64,000 nt of DNA, taken from NCBI GenBank assembly GCA_043738015.1, contig JAYSZM010000001.1, positions 17,809-81,808 on the forward strand, given 5' to 3'. This DNA comes from Lysobacterales bacterium (GTDB taxonomy: Bacteria > Pseudomonadota > Gammaproteobacteria > Xanthomonadales > Ahniellaceae). Below, piece after piece: positions 44,325 through 53,540 of this stretch (positions are counted from its first letter, which is position 1; every line of letters begins with the position of its first letter). The notes under the pieces are model-generated. The model was not told the origin of the DNA and did no database searches. It saw only the letters and a list, made by a program, of their open reading frames with translations. A program made the position numbers and the translations under genes.

Positions 44325-44649
44325 GTCGGCACTCTATCGGTTGGATGGAGCGGCCGGCAATGCACAGTCGCATGACGCGGCGAGTCAGGCCATGGCGTGC
44401 ATTCCAGTGCCCGCGTCAGGCACCTGGCCTGATCGCTTGAGCGCAGCAGACCAGCACCCGAGCTCAGATTTCCCGGAAGCACGGAATGTCTGAGCCCGGG
44501 CAGTTGGATGGCGAAGGTCCCGGACCTCGTCGTTCGGCTTCGAGCAAATAGGCCGCGCATACCCGAGTGCGCAACAGCGCGAACTCGGGCGTTGCCCACT
44601 GCCGGACCACGGGCACCAGCGCGCCTTGATCCGAATTTCTCCAGCACAC

Positions 44650-47600
44650 TCATTCAAAGCCGTTCTTGAACAACAAATCGGAAATGCGCACATCAGCGAC
44701 GTCGGCATTGGCGTCCAGGCGTCGCCACGGACCGGCGATCGGCGCCAGTGGCGCCGTGATGCCGACAGCGGTGACCGTGAACGGGGCATACAAGGCACGC
44801 GCACGCCAGTGATGGAGGCTATTGGCCGTCAGTCCACTCAGCTCGGTTCCGATCAGGATCCCGGCGAGATTCAGATCGCTCCACGACGTGGAGACGAAGC
44901 GGGTGCAAAGTGATGCATTTCCGAAGGCTGCGGCTGCGGGGCAGCTTTCCACCTCAAGGTGCGCGCGTTCCCGACCCCGAGGGCTGGCGACGTTCATGGC
45001 AACCAGATAGCCATCCGCGTCTCCGCTTAGCCCCCAGGCGCTGAACTGCGAGAACGTCGGGTTGATTTGCTGGGCGTTGATCGGTCGACCGCGGACATTG
45101 CCTTCAAACAGTGCTGCCGTTCCGTCATCCACGGCATTGAGGTCCATCGCCGGCGCGCCGAGAATGACATCGCTGAATCCATCGCCATTGGTATCACCGG
45201 AAGCTGCGCTGAATCCGAGGCCGCCGTTGCTCTGGTTTCGTTCCAGTTGGGCGTCGGCCGCGGTATCGAATGCGCCGGGGCCCCCGAGGTAAACAAATCC
45301 AGCGCCTTCGTCCACCTCGCCATTGTCGAAATCGACCGCACCGACAATCACATCGCCAAAACCATCGCCATTGACGTCACCAGCGCTGGCAACACTGGTG
45401 CCCATTGCGGCGTCGATCTGATTGACCTGCAAGACTGCGTCGGCCACGTTGTTGAATGCACCGGCGGCGCCGAAGTAGACGAAGGCTGCACCCTCATTGA
45501 GTTCGCCATCGGAATAGTCGTAGGCGCCCACGATCACGTCTCCGAAGCCATCACCGTTGACATCTCCGGCCTTGCTGACGCTTGCACCCAGACGGGCCGA
45601 GGTCTGTGAGGTCATGGTGCCGTCGGCAACCGTATTGAAATCACCAGGACCTCCGTAGTAAAGCAATGCTACGCCGGAATTGGTTGCCCCCGTTGCGTCG
45701 AAGCCAACTCCGCCCACGATCACGTCAGCGAATCCATCGCCGTTGACGTCACCCGCACCGGCAACACTGCCGCCGAGGTAGGCAGCGTTCTGGTTGATGT
45801 CGAGCACCGCATCGGCCACAACGTCGAGGGAGGTGCCACCGAGGTAAAGAAAGGCTGCGCCTTCGTCGCTATTGCCGTTGTCGTAGAAGGGCGCGCCTGC
45901 CACTACATCGTTCATCCCATCGCCGTTTACATCGCCGACGATGCTGACACTGGTTCCGAGCTGCGCGTTGATCTGGTTGGATTCAAATCGTGCGTCGGCC
46001 ACCGTGTCGAAGGCCCCTGCGCTGCCGTAAAAGACAAAGCCGGCACCTTCATCGAGCTGGTCGCCGTCCCAGAATGGTGCACCGACCACCACATCGTCGA
46101 AACCATCGGCGTTGAGGTCTGCCGCCGACACGCTTGCTCCGAATCGTGCCTCGGCCTGGCCCGCGCTCAACTGCGCGTCGAACACATTATTGAATCCACC
46201 GTTGCTGCCCAAGTAGATGCGTACGATGCCCGCATTGGTGAGCACGCCATCGTCGAAACCGTAGGCGCCAACGATGAGATCGGAAAAGCCATCCCCGTTC
46301 ACATCGCCAGTTGCCACGCTGTGCCCGGATTGGCTACTTGCCTGAACGGTTGTGGCCAAGGCGTCGAACTGAGTGTCGAGTCGACGCGCGCCGCCAAAAT
46401 ACAGAAAGGTGGCGCCTTCTTCGGCGAGGCCGCCGTTGAAGCTGGGTGCACCGACCAGCACATCGGAAAAGCCGTCGCCGTTGACGTCACCACCACCGAC
46501 CGCAAAGCCCATGCGACTCATCGCCTGTGCGCCAGCAAAGAACTGGTCTAGGCCCGTCTCGAATGCGCCTGCACCACCCAGATAGAGGAACGCCCTACCT
46601 TCATCAGCAGAAGGCACGGTGTCGGACAGTGGCGCGCCGATCAGAATATCGGCGTATCCGTCGCCATTGGTATCGCCCGCACCGCTCACGCTGCGACCCA
46701 TGGCGGCGCCCGTCTCGTTGGATTCCAGAAGCGCGTCCACGGTAGAATTGATGCTGGTGCCGGCGCCACCAAAGTACAGGTAGGCGGCGCCTTCGCCAGC
46801 TTGGCCACTGCTGTAGGCGGGCGCACCCACGAGTACATCGGCATAGCCGTCGCCGTTGACATCACCCACTACGGCAACGCTGCCACCAAATTCCGCGCCG
46901 GCCTGGTTCGACTGCAAGGTGCCATCGGTAGCAATATCGAATGAGGCGCTGCCGAAATAGGCAAAGGCATTGCCTTCGTCGGTCTGGCCATTGTCGTAGA
47001 GCGAAGCGCCAACGATGATGTCCGAGTAGCCATCGCCATTGATATCGCCACCGGAAACGCCGCTGCCGAATGCGGCGCCCACCTGTGACGAGAACAGTGT
47101 TACATCCACCGTGGTATCAAAGCTCGCACCGGCGCCACCGAAGTAGACGAAGACACGACCCTCGTTGCCGTTGGCGGTAGCGTCCCAGGCTGCGGCGCCC
47201 ACAGCGACATCGGCGTAGCCATCACCATTGACATCGCCGACACCGGCAACGCTGCCGCCCATGAACGAATTCGTCTGATTGTTTTGCAGATCGCCATCGA
47301 CAACGGCGTTCAGGCTTGAGCCGGCTCCGCCAAAGTAGACAAACGCGGCGCCCTCGTTCACTTGACCGCCGTTGTACTGAACGGCTCCAACAATCAGGTC
47401 GGAATAGCCATCGCCATTCAAATCACCCGCGCCGGCTACACTGCTACCCATTCGCGCGTCGGTGACGCTGGAAATCAGCACGGTGTCGGCGACCGCGTCG
47501 AAAGTGCCGGCGCCGCCGAAGTAAATGAACACTGCGCCCGAATTGGTGGCGCCGCCGTCATAGCCAAAAGCGCCAACCGCGACGTCGCCGAAACCATCAG

Positions 47601-48330
47601 CGTTGAGGTCGCCCACAAAGGCAACGCTGTGGCCGCCTTGGCCACTGCCCTGATTGGATTCGAGCTGTGCATCCGGGGTGACATTGATGATCGGATCGAT
47701 CGTTACGGGATAGCGCGCGCCGTCGTCCGCAATCCGCAGCTCGATCTCGTTGGCGACGACGTCCATGCTCGACGGCAGCACGACACCATCGGCGTCCCAG
47801 GCTTTGAGCTTGCTATAGCGAAGCTGCTGACTACCGCCCTGTAGAACCAGCCCCTGAGCACCGACAGCGACCTCGGCGCTCCCCGTGGCGATTCGGACCA
47901 GCAGAGCGCCTGCTCCGGCTGGACGCTCAAGCACCTCGAAGCCCTGTTCCAGTCCCTCCGCGCGATTCTCATACCACTCGTAGATGCCTTCGCGGCGGAT
48001 CTCGACGCGGCTGTTTTCATGGCTGAGGGTGCCAGCATTGGCGTGTTGCATCCGGGATTGACGGCCCCAGGCACTGAGCCGGAGTTGCGCCCATTCCGAC
48101 GGCTCATGTGCGCGATCCACCAAGCGGACGCCGCTCGTTTCGAAATAGGTACGAAAGCCCTGCGCACGGTTGGGCGCCTGCAGGCCCGCTGGATTGGCGC
48201 GGACCTGGTACTCGCTAAGCGCGATGTCGCTCTCGACCTGTCGCATCCATCCTGGATCGTTCGCAACAGGCGCAGACGCCGTTACCGGGAAGACAAACAA
48301 CAGCAGGCACAAGGCCAGGACGCGAATCAT
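44650..48330 (-). CDS. secreted FG-GAP (integrin-alpha-like) repeat protein, 14 repeats
   Basis: Signal peptide MIRVLALCLLLFVFPVTASA. Fourteen units of the form GxSVAGAGDVNGDGYADVxVGAPxYDxGxxDEGAAFVYFGGAG were counted in the translation. The protein ends ...DLLFKNGFE. Confidence 0.9.
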   Translation of the reverse strand: MIRVLALCLLLFVFPVTASAPVANDPGWMRQVESDIALSEYQVRANPAGLQAPNRAQGFRTYFETSGVRLVDRAHEPSEWAQLRLSAWGRQSRMQHANAGTLSHENSRVEIRREGIYEWYENRAEGLEQGFEVLERPAGAGALLVRIATGSAEVAVGAQGLVLQGGSQQLRYSKLKAWDADGVVLPSSMDVVANEIELRIADDGARYPVTIDPIINVTPDAQLESNQGSGQGGHSVAFVGDLNADGFGDVAVGAFGYDGGATNSGAVFIYFGGAGTFDAVADTVLISSVTDARMGSSVAGAGDLNGDGYSDLIVGAVQYNGGQVNEGAAFVYFGGAGSSLNAVVDGDLQNNQTNSFMGGSVAGVGDVNGDGYADVAVGAAAWDATANGNEGRVFVYFGGAGASFDTTVDVTLFSSQVGAAFGSGVSGGDINGDGYSDIIVGASLYDNGQTDEGNAFAYFGSASFDIATDGTLQSNQAGAEFGGSVAVVGDVNGDGYADVLVGAPAYSSGQAGEGAAYLYFGGAGTSINSTVDALLESNETGAAMGRSVSGAGDTNGDGYADILIGAPLSDTVPSADEGRAFLYLGGAGAFETGLDQFFAGAQAMSRMGFAVGGGDVNGDGFSDVLVGAPSFNGGLAEEGATFLYFGGARRLDTQFDALATTVQASSQSGHSVATGDVNGDGFSDLIVGAYGFDDGVLTNAGIVRIYLGSNGGFNNVFDAQLSAGQAEARFGASVSAADLNADGFDDVVVGAPFWDGDQLDEGAGFVFYGSAGAFDTVADARFESNQINAQLGTSVSIVGDVNGDGMNDVVAGAPFYDNGNSDEGAAFLYLGGTSLDVVADAVLDINQNAAYLGGSVAGAGDVNGDGFADVIVGGVGFDATGATNSGVALLYYGGPGDFNTVADGTMTSQTSARLGASVSKAGDVNGDGFGDVIVGAYDYSDGELNEGAAFVYFGAAGAFNNVADAVLQVNQIDAAMGTSVASAGDVNGDGFGDVIVGAVDFDNGEVDEGAGFVYLGGPGAFDTAADAQLERNQSNGGLGFSAASGDTNGDGFSDVILGAPAMDLNAVDDGTAALFEGNVRGRPINAQQINPTFSQFSAWGLSGDADGYLVAMNVASPRGRERAHLEVESCPAAAAFGNASLCTRFVSTSWSDLNLAGILIGTELSGLTANSLHHWRARALYAPFTVTAVGITAPLAPIAGPWRRLDANADVADVRISDLLFKNGFE

Positions 48331-48424
48331 TGAATTACCCCTTGAATTTGGCTACCGGTCGAAACCGACCGCGCTCTGATGTCGGCGCAGCGGCTCGCCT
48401 GCATTTTCCAGTGCCCTTGGCCGA

Positions 48425-48454
48425 GCCCGCATCCCGCATTCGCGGGATGCGGGC
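48425..48454. repeat. REP-like perfect hairpin GCCCGCATCCCGC-ATTC-GCGGGATGCGGGC
   Basis: A 13-bp perfect stem in the 5' region of the FG-GAP gene. The CCCGCATCC/GGATGCGGG core is also used by the terminator at 16027-16047. Confidence 0.75.
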
Positions 48455-48535
48455 GTTGTCGTCTGTCTCCAGTCAACTGCGGCTGTCGCGAGCATTCGCG
48501 AGGCGCGGACAGCGTTGACGCTGTCGCGTGTTGGA

Positions 48536-48563
48536 AACATATCCAGGTCGTGAAAATCGTCAA
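48536..48563 (-). promoter_or_regulatory. candidate sigma70-type promoter at the 3' edge of element A copy 2
   Basis: On the minus strand TTGACG-N16-TATGTT reads toward the FG-GAP gene about 205 nt away. The homologous position in copy 1 is TTGAAG-N17-TATCGG (27202-27230), a poorer -10. Confidence 0.3.
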
Positions 48564-48700
48564 CTTGGAAAGGTCTGAACAAGTCACCACATCGTCTTTG
48601 CTACCCAGCCTATCGCTTGCCAGACCCCAAAAAAACTGCAGTATTTCGCCCCCTGACTCAGGGAACTATCGCGGCTCCGGACTTATTCAGGGGTTCCCTC
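48543..48700 (-). repeat. dispersed conserved element A, copy 2 (inverted relative to copy 1)
   Basis: The reverse complement aligns to 27015-27215 (blocks 33/35, 17/17, 10/10). It lacks the 45-nt tandem-duplicated insert of copy 1. The long-range stem is CTGAATAAGTC/GACTTGTTCAG with one G-U wobble on the minus-strand RNA. Confidence 0.85.
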
Positions 48701-48839
48701 GATGACCGGCGCGCCATCGGCGGTGATCGATCTGGAGTTGCTGCGCGACTTTGGACAGCGTGCGCGGCAGCAGAAGCGCCGACAGCGCGCGTCGTCGTCT
48801 GGCGTGGCGATCCCTGCGCCGCAGTCGCGATGGCGCATC

Positions 48840-48891
48840 CAAAAATTCCGTACAGGCCGCCACTCGACTCGGGTTCCGTCGGAGCCCGGTG
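48840..48891 (+). repeat. short repeat B, copy 2
   Basis: Same orientation as 27249-27305. Shared CAAAAATT, GTAC, a 15-mer ACTCGACTCGGGTTC and CCCGGTG. Confidence 0.6.
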
Positions 48892-49103
48892 CGGCAGGAA
48901 TTTCGTATCGAACTCTCACGCCGCGCGAAGTCTGGAAGCCGTGACCGGGGCGCCGTTGTACTGAAATACGCTCTGGCGTTCTGTCTGGACGCGCTGCGCC
49001 CCTCATCAGGCGCAGAGGATGCCTTCGGGGTCGATGGCTGCAGCACGAATCGTCGCGACCAGTCTGCAGCCAACCCGCAATCCCTGGCCGAGGTTCGCTG
49101 TAT

Positions 49104-50399
49104 TCAACTCGGTGCCGTAGCCTTCTCTTTTTTGAGTCGTTCGATGCCGAGCGCGCTCAAGATGTACTTCTCATAGATTGGCTCGGAGTTGCCGTGGCGC
49201 ATCTTGTACAGAAAGTATTTTTCGAACGCGACCTTGGCCAGATGTACCCACTTTCCCTTCTTGGCCCAGGTCACGTTGCGCGGCGGTATCTGCGGCAAGG
49301 CAACGAATGCAACGCCGCTGTCGCCCATGTCGGCCAGGCAGACAGCATTCCAGGTGCCCTCAAATTCCGCGGGATCGCCGCGCAGTTCGGCCTCGATGTT
49401 GCGCACGATGGTCGTGACCATCGACTCGATCATGAAACCGGTCTTGGGTGCTCCGGTCGCTACCGGAGTGACTTCTACCGGCGGGATCGCGACACAGACG
49501 CCAGCCGCGAAAATTTCCGGATACTTCGGGCTGCGCTGGTGCTTGTCAACGATCACGAAGCCGCGTGGATTGCATAGGCCCTCGACCTGGGCTACCGCCG
49601 GCACACCTTTGAATGCGGGCAGCAACATCGCGTAGGAAAATGGCAGCACCTGGTCCTTCCTGGGGCTGCCATCCTCGCCATGTTCGGCGACGCTCATCTC
49701 GCCGGCACGCACCTCGCTGACCTTCGCATTGGTAATCCACTTGATGTGGCGTTGGCGCAGCTCCGACTCCATCAAGCCCTTGGAATCACCAACGCCTCCG
49801 AGGCCCATGTGACCGATGTACGGCTCACTGGTGACGAAGGTCATCGGTACTTTGTCGCGCAATTTTCGTTTGCGAAGATCGGCGTCGAGGATCATGGCAA
49901 ATTCGTAGGCCGGACCGAAGCAGCTCGCGCCTTGAACGGCGCCGACAACGATCGGGCCTGGCTTTTCGAGGAAGGCCTGATAGGCCGCCCAGGCTTCCGA
50001 TGCGTGAGGCGTCGTGCATACCGATTGCGTGTGACCGGGCGCTGGACCGGATCCCGGCACTTCATCGAACGCAAGTTTTGGGCCTGTGCAGATCAGCAGG
50101 TAGTCATACTCGATTCGCTGTCCGGTACGTGTCACCACCGCTTTCTGCAGCGCCTGTATCTCGGTCACTGGGTCAGGCAGAAAAGCGATGTCCTTTCTGC
50201 CCAGATACTCGGCGGCTGGCAATGTGATGTCGCCGGGTTCGCGCCAACCAATGGCCAACCAGGGATTGGAAGGCGTGAAGCTGAAGAGCTCGCCGTCACC
50301 AATCAGGGTGATCTGATGCGAAGGGCCGAGGATGTCGCGCAGCTCATAGGCGGCGCTCATCCCACCCAGTCCAGCGCCCATGATGACAATGTGGCTCAT
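49104..50399 (-). CDS. sqr: sulfide:quinone oxidoreductase-like flavoprotein
   Basis: N-terminal IVIMGAGLGGMSAAYEL FAD fold. Cysteines lie in GASCFGPAYEF and AAGVCVAIPP, at positions expected for SQR redox cysteines. C-terminal amphipathic tail. Confidence 0.75.
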   Translation of the reverse strand: MSHIVIMGAGLGGMSAAYELRDILGPSHQITLIGDGELFSFTPSNPWLAIGWREPGDITLPAAEYLGRKDIAFLPDPVTEIQALQKAVVTRTGQRIEYDYLLICTGPKLAFDEVPGSGPAPGHTQSVCTTPHASEAWAAYQAFLEKPGPIVVGAVQGASCFGPAYEFAMILDADLRKRKLRDKVPMTFVTSEPYIGHMGLGGVGDSKGLMESELRQRHIKWITNAKVSEVRAGEMSVAEHGEDGSPRKDQVLPFSYAMLLPAFKGVPAVAQVEGLCNPRGFVIVDKHQRSPKYPEIFAAGVCVAIPPVEVTPVATGAPKTGFMIESMVTTIVRNIEAELRGDPAEFEGTWNAVCLADMGDSGVAFVALPQIPPRNVTWAKKGKWVHLAKVAFEKYFLYKMRHGNSEPIYEKYILSALGIERLKKEKATAPS

Positions 50400-50606
50400 G
50401 TTCGCGTCCCGTTGGCCGCGTCCACAGAAGGGCGCCGATGCGAGCCAGTTTCCTCGCGTGGGAGGCCAATACCTTGATGAGGATCAACTCCGGGCCTGAT
50501 TTCTCAACGCGCACCGCCGCAGTAGCGTTTTAATACCTGCGGAGCGGGCTGCCTGAAAGCTCATGTCACGCCTGCAGAAAGTTCCTGCAGCTATCCGCGC
50601 GCCAAT

Positions 50607-51767
50607 ATGAGATCGTTGCAAATGTCTCCTAAACTCGGCCCCATGAAATCAGCGCGACTCGAATGGCGCGGCGACGGAACGGATGCTGCAGTCCTGGCAG
50701 TAAGCGGGTCCTGCACAATGCGCTGCCTTCCGGGAATCCTCGCGCAGGTCGAAACCTTGAAACGAGCGCCCGAGCAGTTGGATTTGACGGAGCTGGAGAG
50801 TTTGGATTCTGCAGGTGCGCTGGTCCTGCTTCGGCTATTGGGCAGCGAACGACGCTACCGTGAGACGATTGAGCGCATTCGCGGACCGCGCCCCGAGCAT
50901 CTCGCCCTGCTCACCCTGATTGCAGATGCCGCCAGTGGGGCGCCTGCCACACGAAAGTCGATCAGCAGCTGGCGCTTGTGGATCGCGCGTCTCGGCGAAT
51001 CGATCGTCGGACTGTGGAGCCAGATGCTGCAGCTCGCCGCTTTCTTCGGTGCGATCAACGCCTGCGCTTTGGCGATCCTGATGGGTCGCCGCAAGCTGCG
51101 GATGACCGCCGTCGTGCACCATATGGAGCGCACCGGTCTGGACGCCGTACCGATCATCTGCTTGCTCTGTTTTCTGGTTGGCGCAGTGGTCGCGTTTCTG
51201 TCCGCAACGGCGCTGCGGGATTTTGGTGCGTCGATTCTGACCGTCGAAATCGTCAGCGTCAGCTTCCTCCGCGAATTTGGGGTGCTGCTCTCCGCCATCC
51301 TGGTGGCCGGCCGCTCGGGTAGTGCGTTTACCGCCGAAATCGGTTCCATGCGCAGTCGCGAGGAAATCGACGCCATCAAGGCATTGGCGCTGGATCCCGT
51401 CGAGCTCCTGGTCATACCACGCCTGCTTGCCCTGCTGGTGATGCTGCCTGTTCTGAGTTTTCTCGCGATGCTGTCGGGCATTCTTGGCGGTGCGTTGGTT
51501 GGCGCCACCACCCTGGACATTTCGCCGGTCATGTTTCTGAGCCGGATGCAGGAAGAAACCGAGCTCTACTACCTTTGGCTGGGCCTGCTCAAGGCGCCTG
51601 TTTTCGCATTTCTCATCGCCTCAATTGGTTGCCTCGAGGGACTCAAGGTTTCTGGCAGTGCCGAATCAGTTGGCAGTCACACGACTTCGTCGGTCGTACA
51701 GTCGATCTTTCTGGTGATTGTCGTCGATGCCCTGTTCGCGGTGCTCTATATGAATCTGGACCTTTGA
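50607..51767 (+). CDS. MlaE-family ABC permease with an N-terminal STAS-like domain
   Basis: The N-terminal ~100 aa (ARLEWRGDGTDAAVLAVSGSCTM...LDLTELESLDSAGALVLLRLL) look like an anti-sigma-antagonist/STAS fold. The rest is a MlaE-type permease (REFGVLLSAILVAGRSGSAFTAEIGSM). Confidence 0.75.
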   Translation: MRSLQMSPKLGPMKSARLEWRGDGTDAAVLAVSGSCTMRCLPGILAQVETLKRAPEQLDLTELESLDSAGALVLLRLLGSERRYRETIERIRGPRPEHLALLTLIADAASGAPATRKSISSWRLWIARLGESIVGLWSQMLQLAAFFGAINACALAILMGRRKLRMTAVVHHMERTGLDAVPIICLLCFLVGAVVAFLSATALRDFGASILTVEIVSVSFLREFGVLLSAILVAGRSGSAFTAEIGSMRSREEIDAIKALALDPVELLVIPRLLALLVMLPVLSFLAMLSGILGGALVGATTLDISPVMFLSRMQEETELYYLWLGLLKAPVFAFLIASIGCLEGLKVSGSAESVGSHTTSSVVQSIFLVIVVDALFAVLYMNLDL

Positions 51768-51769
51768 AC

Positions 51770-52567
51770 ATGGTCTCCGCGAGCCAGGAAAACGTCATTG
51801 AGGTTCGCGGCCTGGTCAATCGCTTTGGTGCTCAGATCGTGCACGAAAATCTTGACCTCGACGTGCGTCGTGGCGAGGTACTGGCCGTGATCGGGGGTTC
51901 GGGTGCCGGCAAGTCGGTCTTGCTGAGGTCGATCATCGGTCTGCAGGAACCCGCGCGGGGCCAGATTCGGGTCCTGGGTGAAGACTTGCGTGCCGCTTCG
52001 CCGGCCAAGCGTGCGGAGATCGAGCGACGCTGGGGCGTGATGTTCCAGGATGGTGCTTTGTTTTCATCACTCGATGTGCTCGAGAACATCAAGGTGCCGA
52101 TGATCGAACACCAACCGCTGCCACTGGATCTCATGGATGAAATCGCGCGCCTGAAGATCGCCTTGGTCGGTCTGTCGGCCGATTCGGCGCACAAATACCC
52201 GAACCAGCTTTCCGGTGGCATGCGCAAACGTGCCGGCATCGCGCGCGCTCTCTCACTGGATCCGGAAATCCTGTTTCTGGATGAACCAACATCGGGTCTC
52301 GATCCGATTGGCGCGGCGGGCTTTGACGAACTGATCGTGACGCTCAAGAAGAGCCTGGACCTGACAGTATTTCTGGTCACACACGATCTCGATTCCATCT
52401 TCACCTGCTGTGACCGGGTTGCGGTGCTGGTTGATCGGCATGTGGTCGCCGTGGATACGCCAGAACGCATTGCCGAGCACAAACACCCGTGGATTCAACA
52501 ATGCTTCCGCGGTCCGCGCGGACGCAGCGCGCAAAGCGCACTCGCATTGCGCACGCAAGGAGCTTGA
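51770..52567 (+). CDS. ABC transporter ATP-binding protein (MlaF-like)
   Basis: Walker A GGSGAGKSV, signature LSGGMRKRAG and Walker B ILFLDEPTSGLD. Confidence 0.9.
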   Translation: MVSASQENVIEVRGLVNRFGAQIVHENLDLDVRRGEVLAVIGGSGAGKSVLLRSIIGLQEPARGQIRVLGEDLRAASPAKRAEIERRWGVMFQDGALFSSLDVLENIKVPMIEHQPLPLDLMDEIARLKIALVGLSADSAHKYPNQLSGGMRKRAGIARALSLDPEILFLDEPTSGLDPIGAAGFDELIVTLKKSLDLTVFLVTHDLDSIFTCCDRVAVLVDRHVVAVDTPERIAEHKHPWIQQCFRGPRGRSAQSALALRTQGA

Positions 52568-52568
52568 G

Positions 52569-53540
52569 ATGGAAACACATGCGCGCTTTTTTCTGATCGG
52601 CGTGTTCTCACTCGTGGTGACACTCGGCCTGATCCTGTTCGTGCTGTGGCTGGGCAGGATCCAGCTGGATCGCGAGTATCAGAACTATGATGTTCGCTTC
52701 CACGAATCAGTTGCCGGTCTTGCGGTGGGAGCGATTGTTCAGTACCACGGCATCCAGATTGGCGAGGTGCGCAAGCTCAGCCTCGATCCCAAAGATCCGC
52801 GTGAGGTCAGCGTGCGCGTTCGGGTGACCGCTTCCGCGCCGATCAAGACCGATACCAAGGCTCAGCTGAGTTATACCGGCCTGACTGGGGTGGCCGTGGT
52901 GGAGCTCTTTGGCGGCACACCCGGGGCCAAACTGCTGCGTGAGGTCGACCTTCGCCCAGCGCCACACATTGACACGGTGCCATCGACGCTGAGTGAGTTG
53001 ATGAGCGGCGGCAGTGGTGCGATGCACAGTGCGCAGGAAGTGATGGTGCGCGCGGCAGAAATACTCAGCGACAAGAATATTCAGCGGGTCTCTGCGTTGT
53101 TGGAAAATTTGCAGGTGGTCAGTGACGGCGTCAAGAACGATTACCCGGCGCTGCGCGAGGCGCTTTCTGAAGCGCGCGAGCTGGAGCGCCGATTAGGCTC
53201 CGTCGCCGTGCGCGCAGATGGTGTTCTTGCCCAGATCCAGGGCGAGCTGCAGGCGACGTCGGCCGATGGGACCGGTAACCTGTTTGAAGAGGCGCGTATT
53301 GCAGTGACCGATATCAAACAGGCTGCGCTGGCGATTGAGGCCTTTGCCGAGCGCGGCAGCAATGCAGTTGATGGACTCGATGTCCAGGCGCGCACCGAAC
53401 TGTCGGCCACACTGCAAGCCTTGCAGCAGACCAGTGAGAATCTGGCGCGGATCACGCGCCGCTTTGACCAGGCACCAGCCGACTACCTTCTGGGCGCACA
53501 AGTCCTGCCTGTTTACACGCCAAAAGCGGGGAAGAAATGA
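52569..53540 (+). CDS. MCE/MlaD family protein
   Basis: N-terminal TM (FFLIGVFSLVVTLGLILFVLWL), an MCE domain (VRFHESVAGLAVGAIVQYHGIQIGEV) and a long helical C-terminal extension. Confidence 0.85.
   Translation: METHARFFLIGVFSLVVTLGLILFVLWLGRIQLDREYQNYDVRFHESVAGLAVGAIVQYHGIQIGEVRKLSLDPKDPREVSVRVRVTASAPIKTDTKAQLSYTGLTGVAVVELFGGTPGAKLLREVDLRPAPHIDTVPSTLSELMSGGSGAMHSAQEVMVRAAEILSDKNIQRVSALLENLQVVSDGVKNDYPALREALSEARELERRLGSVAVRADGVLAQIQGELQATSADGTGNLFEEARIAVTDIKQAALAIEAFAERGSNAVDGLDVQARTELSATLQALQQTSENLARITRRFDQAPADYLLGAQVLPVYTPKAGKK

Noticed and set aside
48702-48944. 80-aa plus-strand ORF starting right after element A copy 2 (MTGAPSAVIDLELLRDFGQRARQQKRR...)
   Set aside because: The first ~45 codons have high GC3, but the rest reads through repeat B with poor composition. 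No RBS or recognisable fold. Probably non-coding, though a truncated gene relic cannot be excluded.
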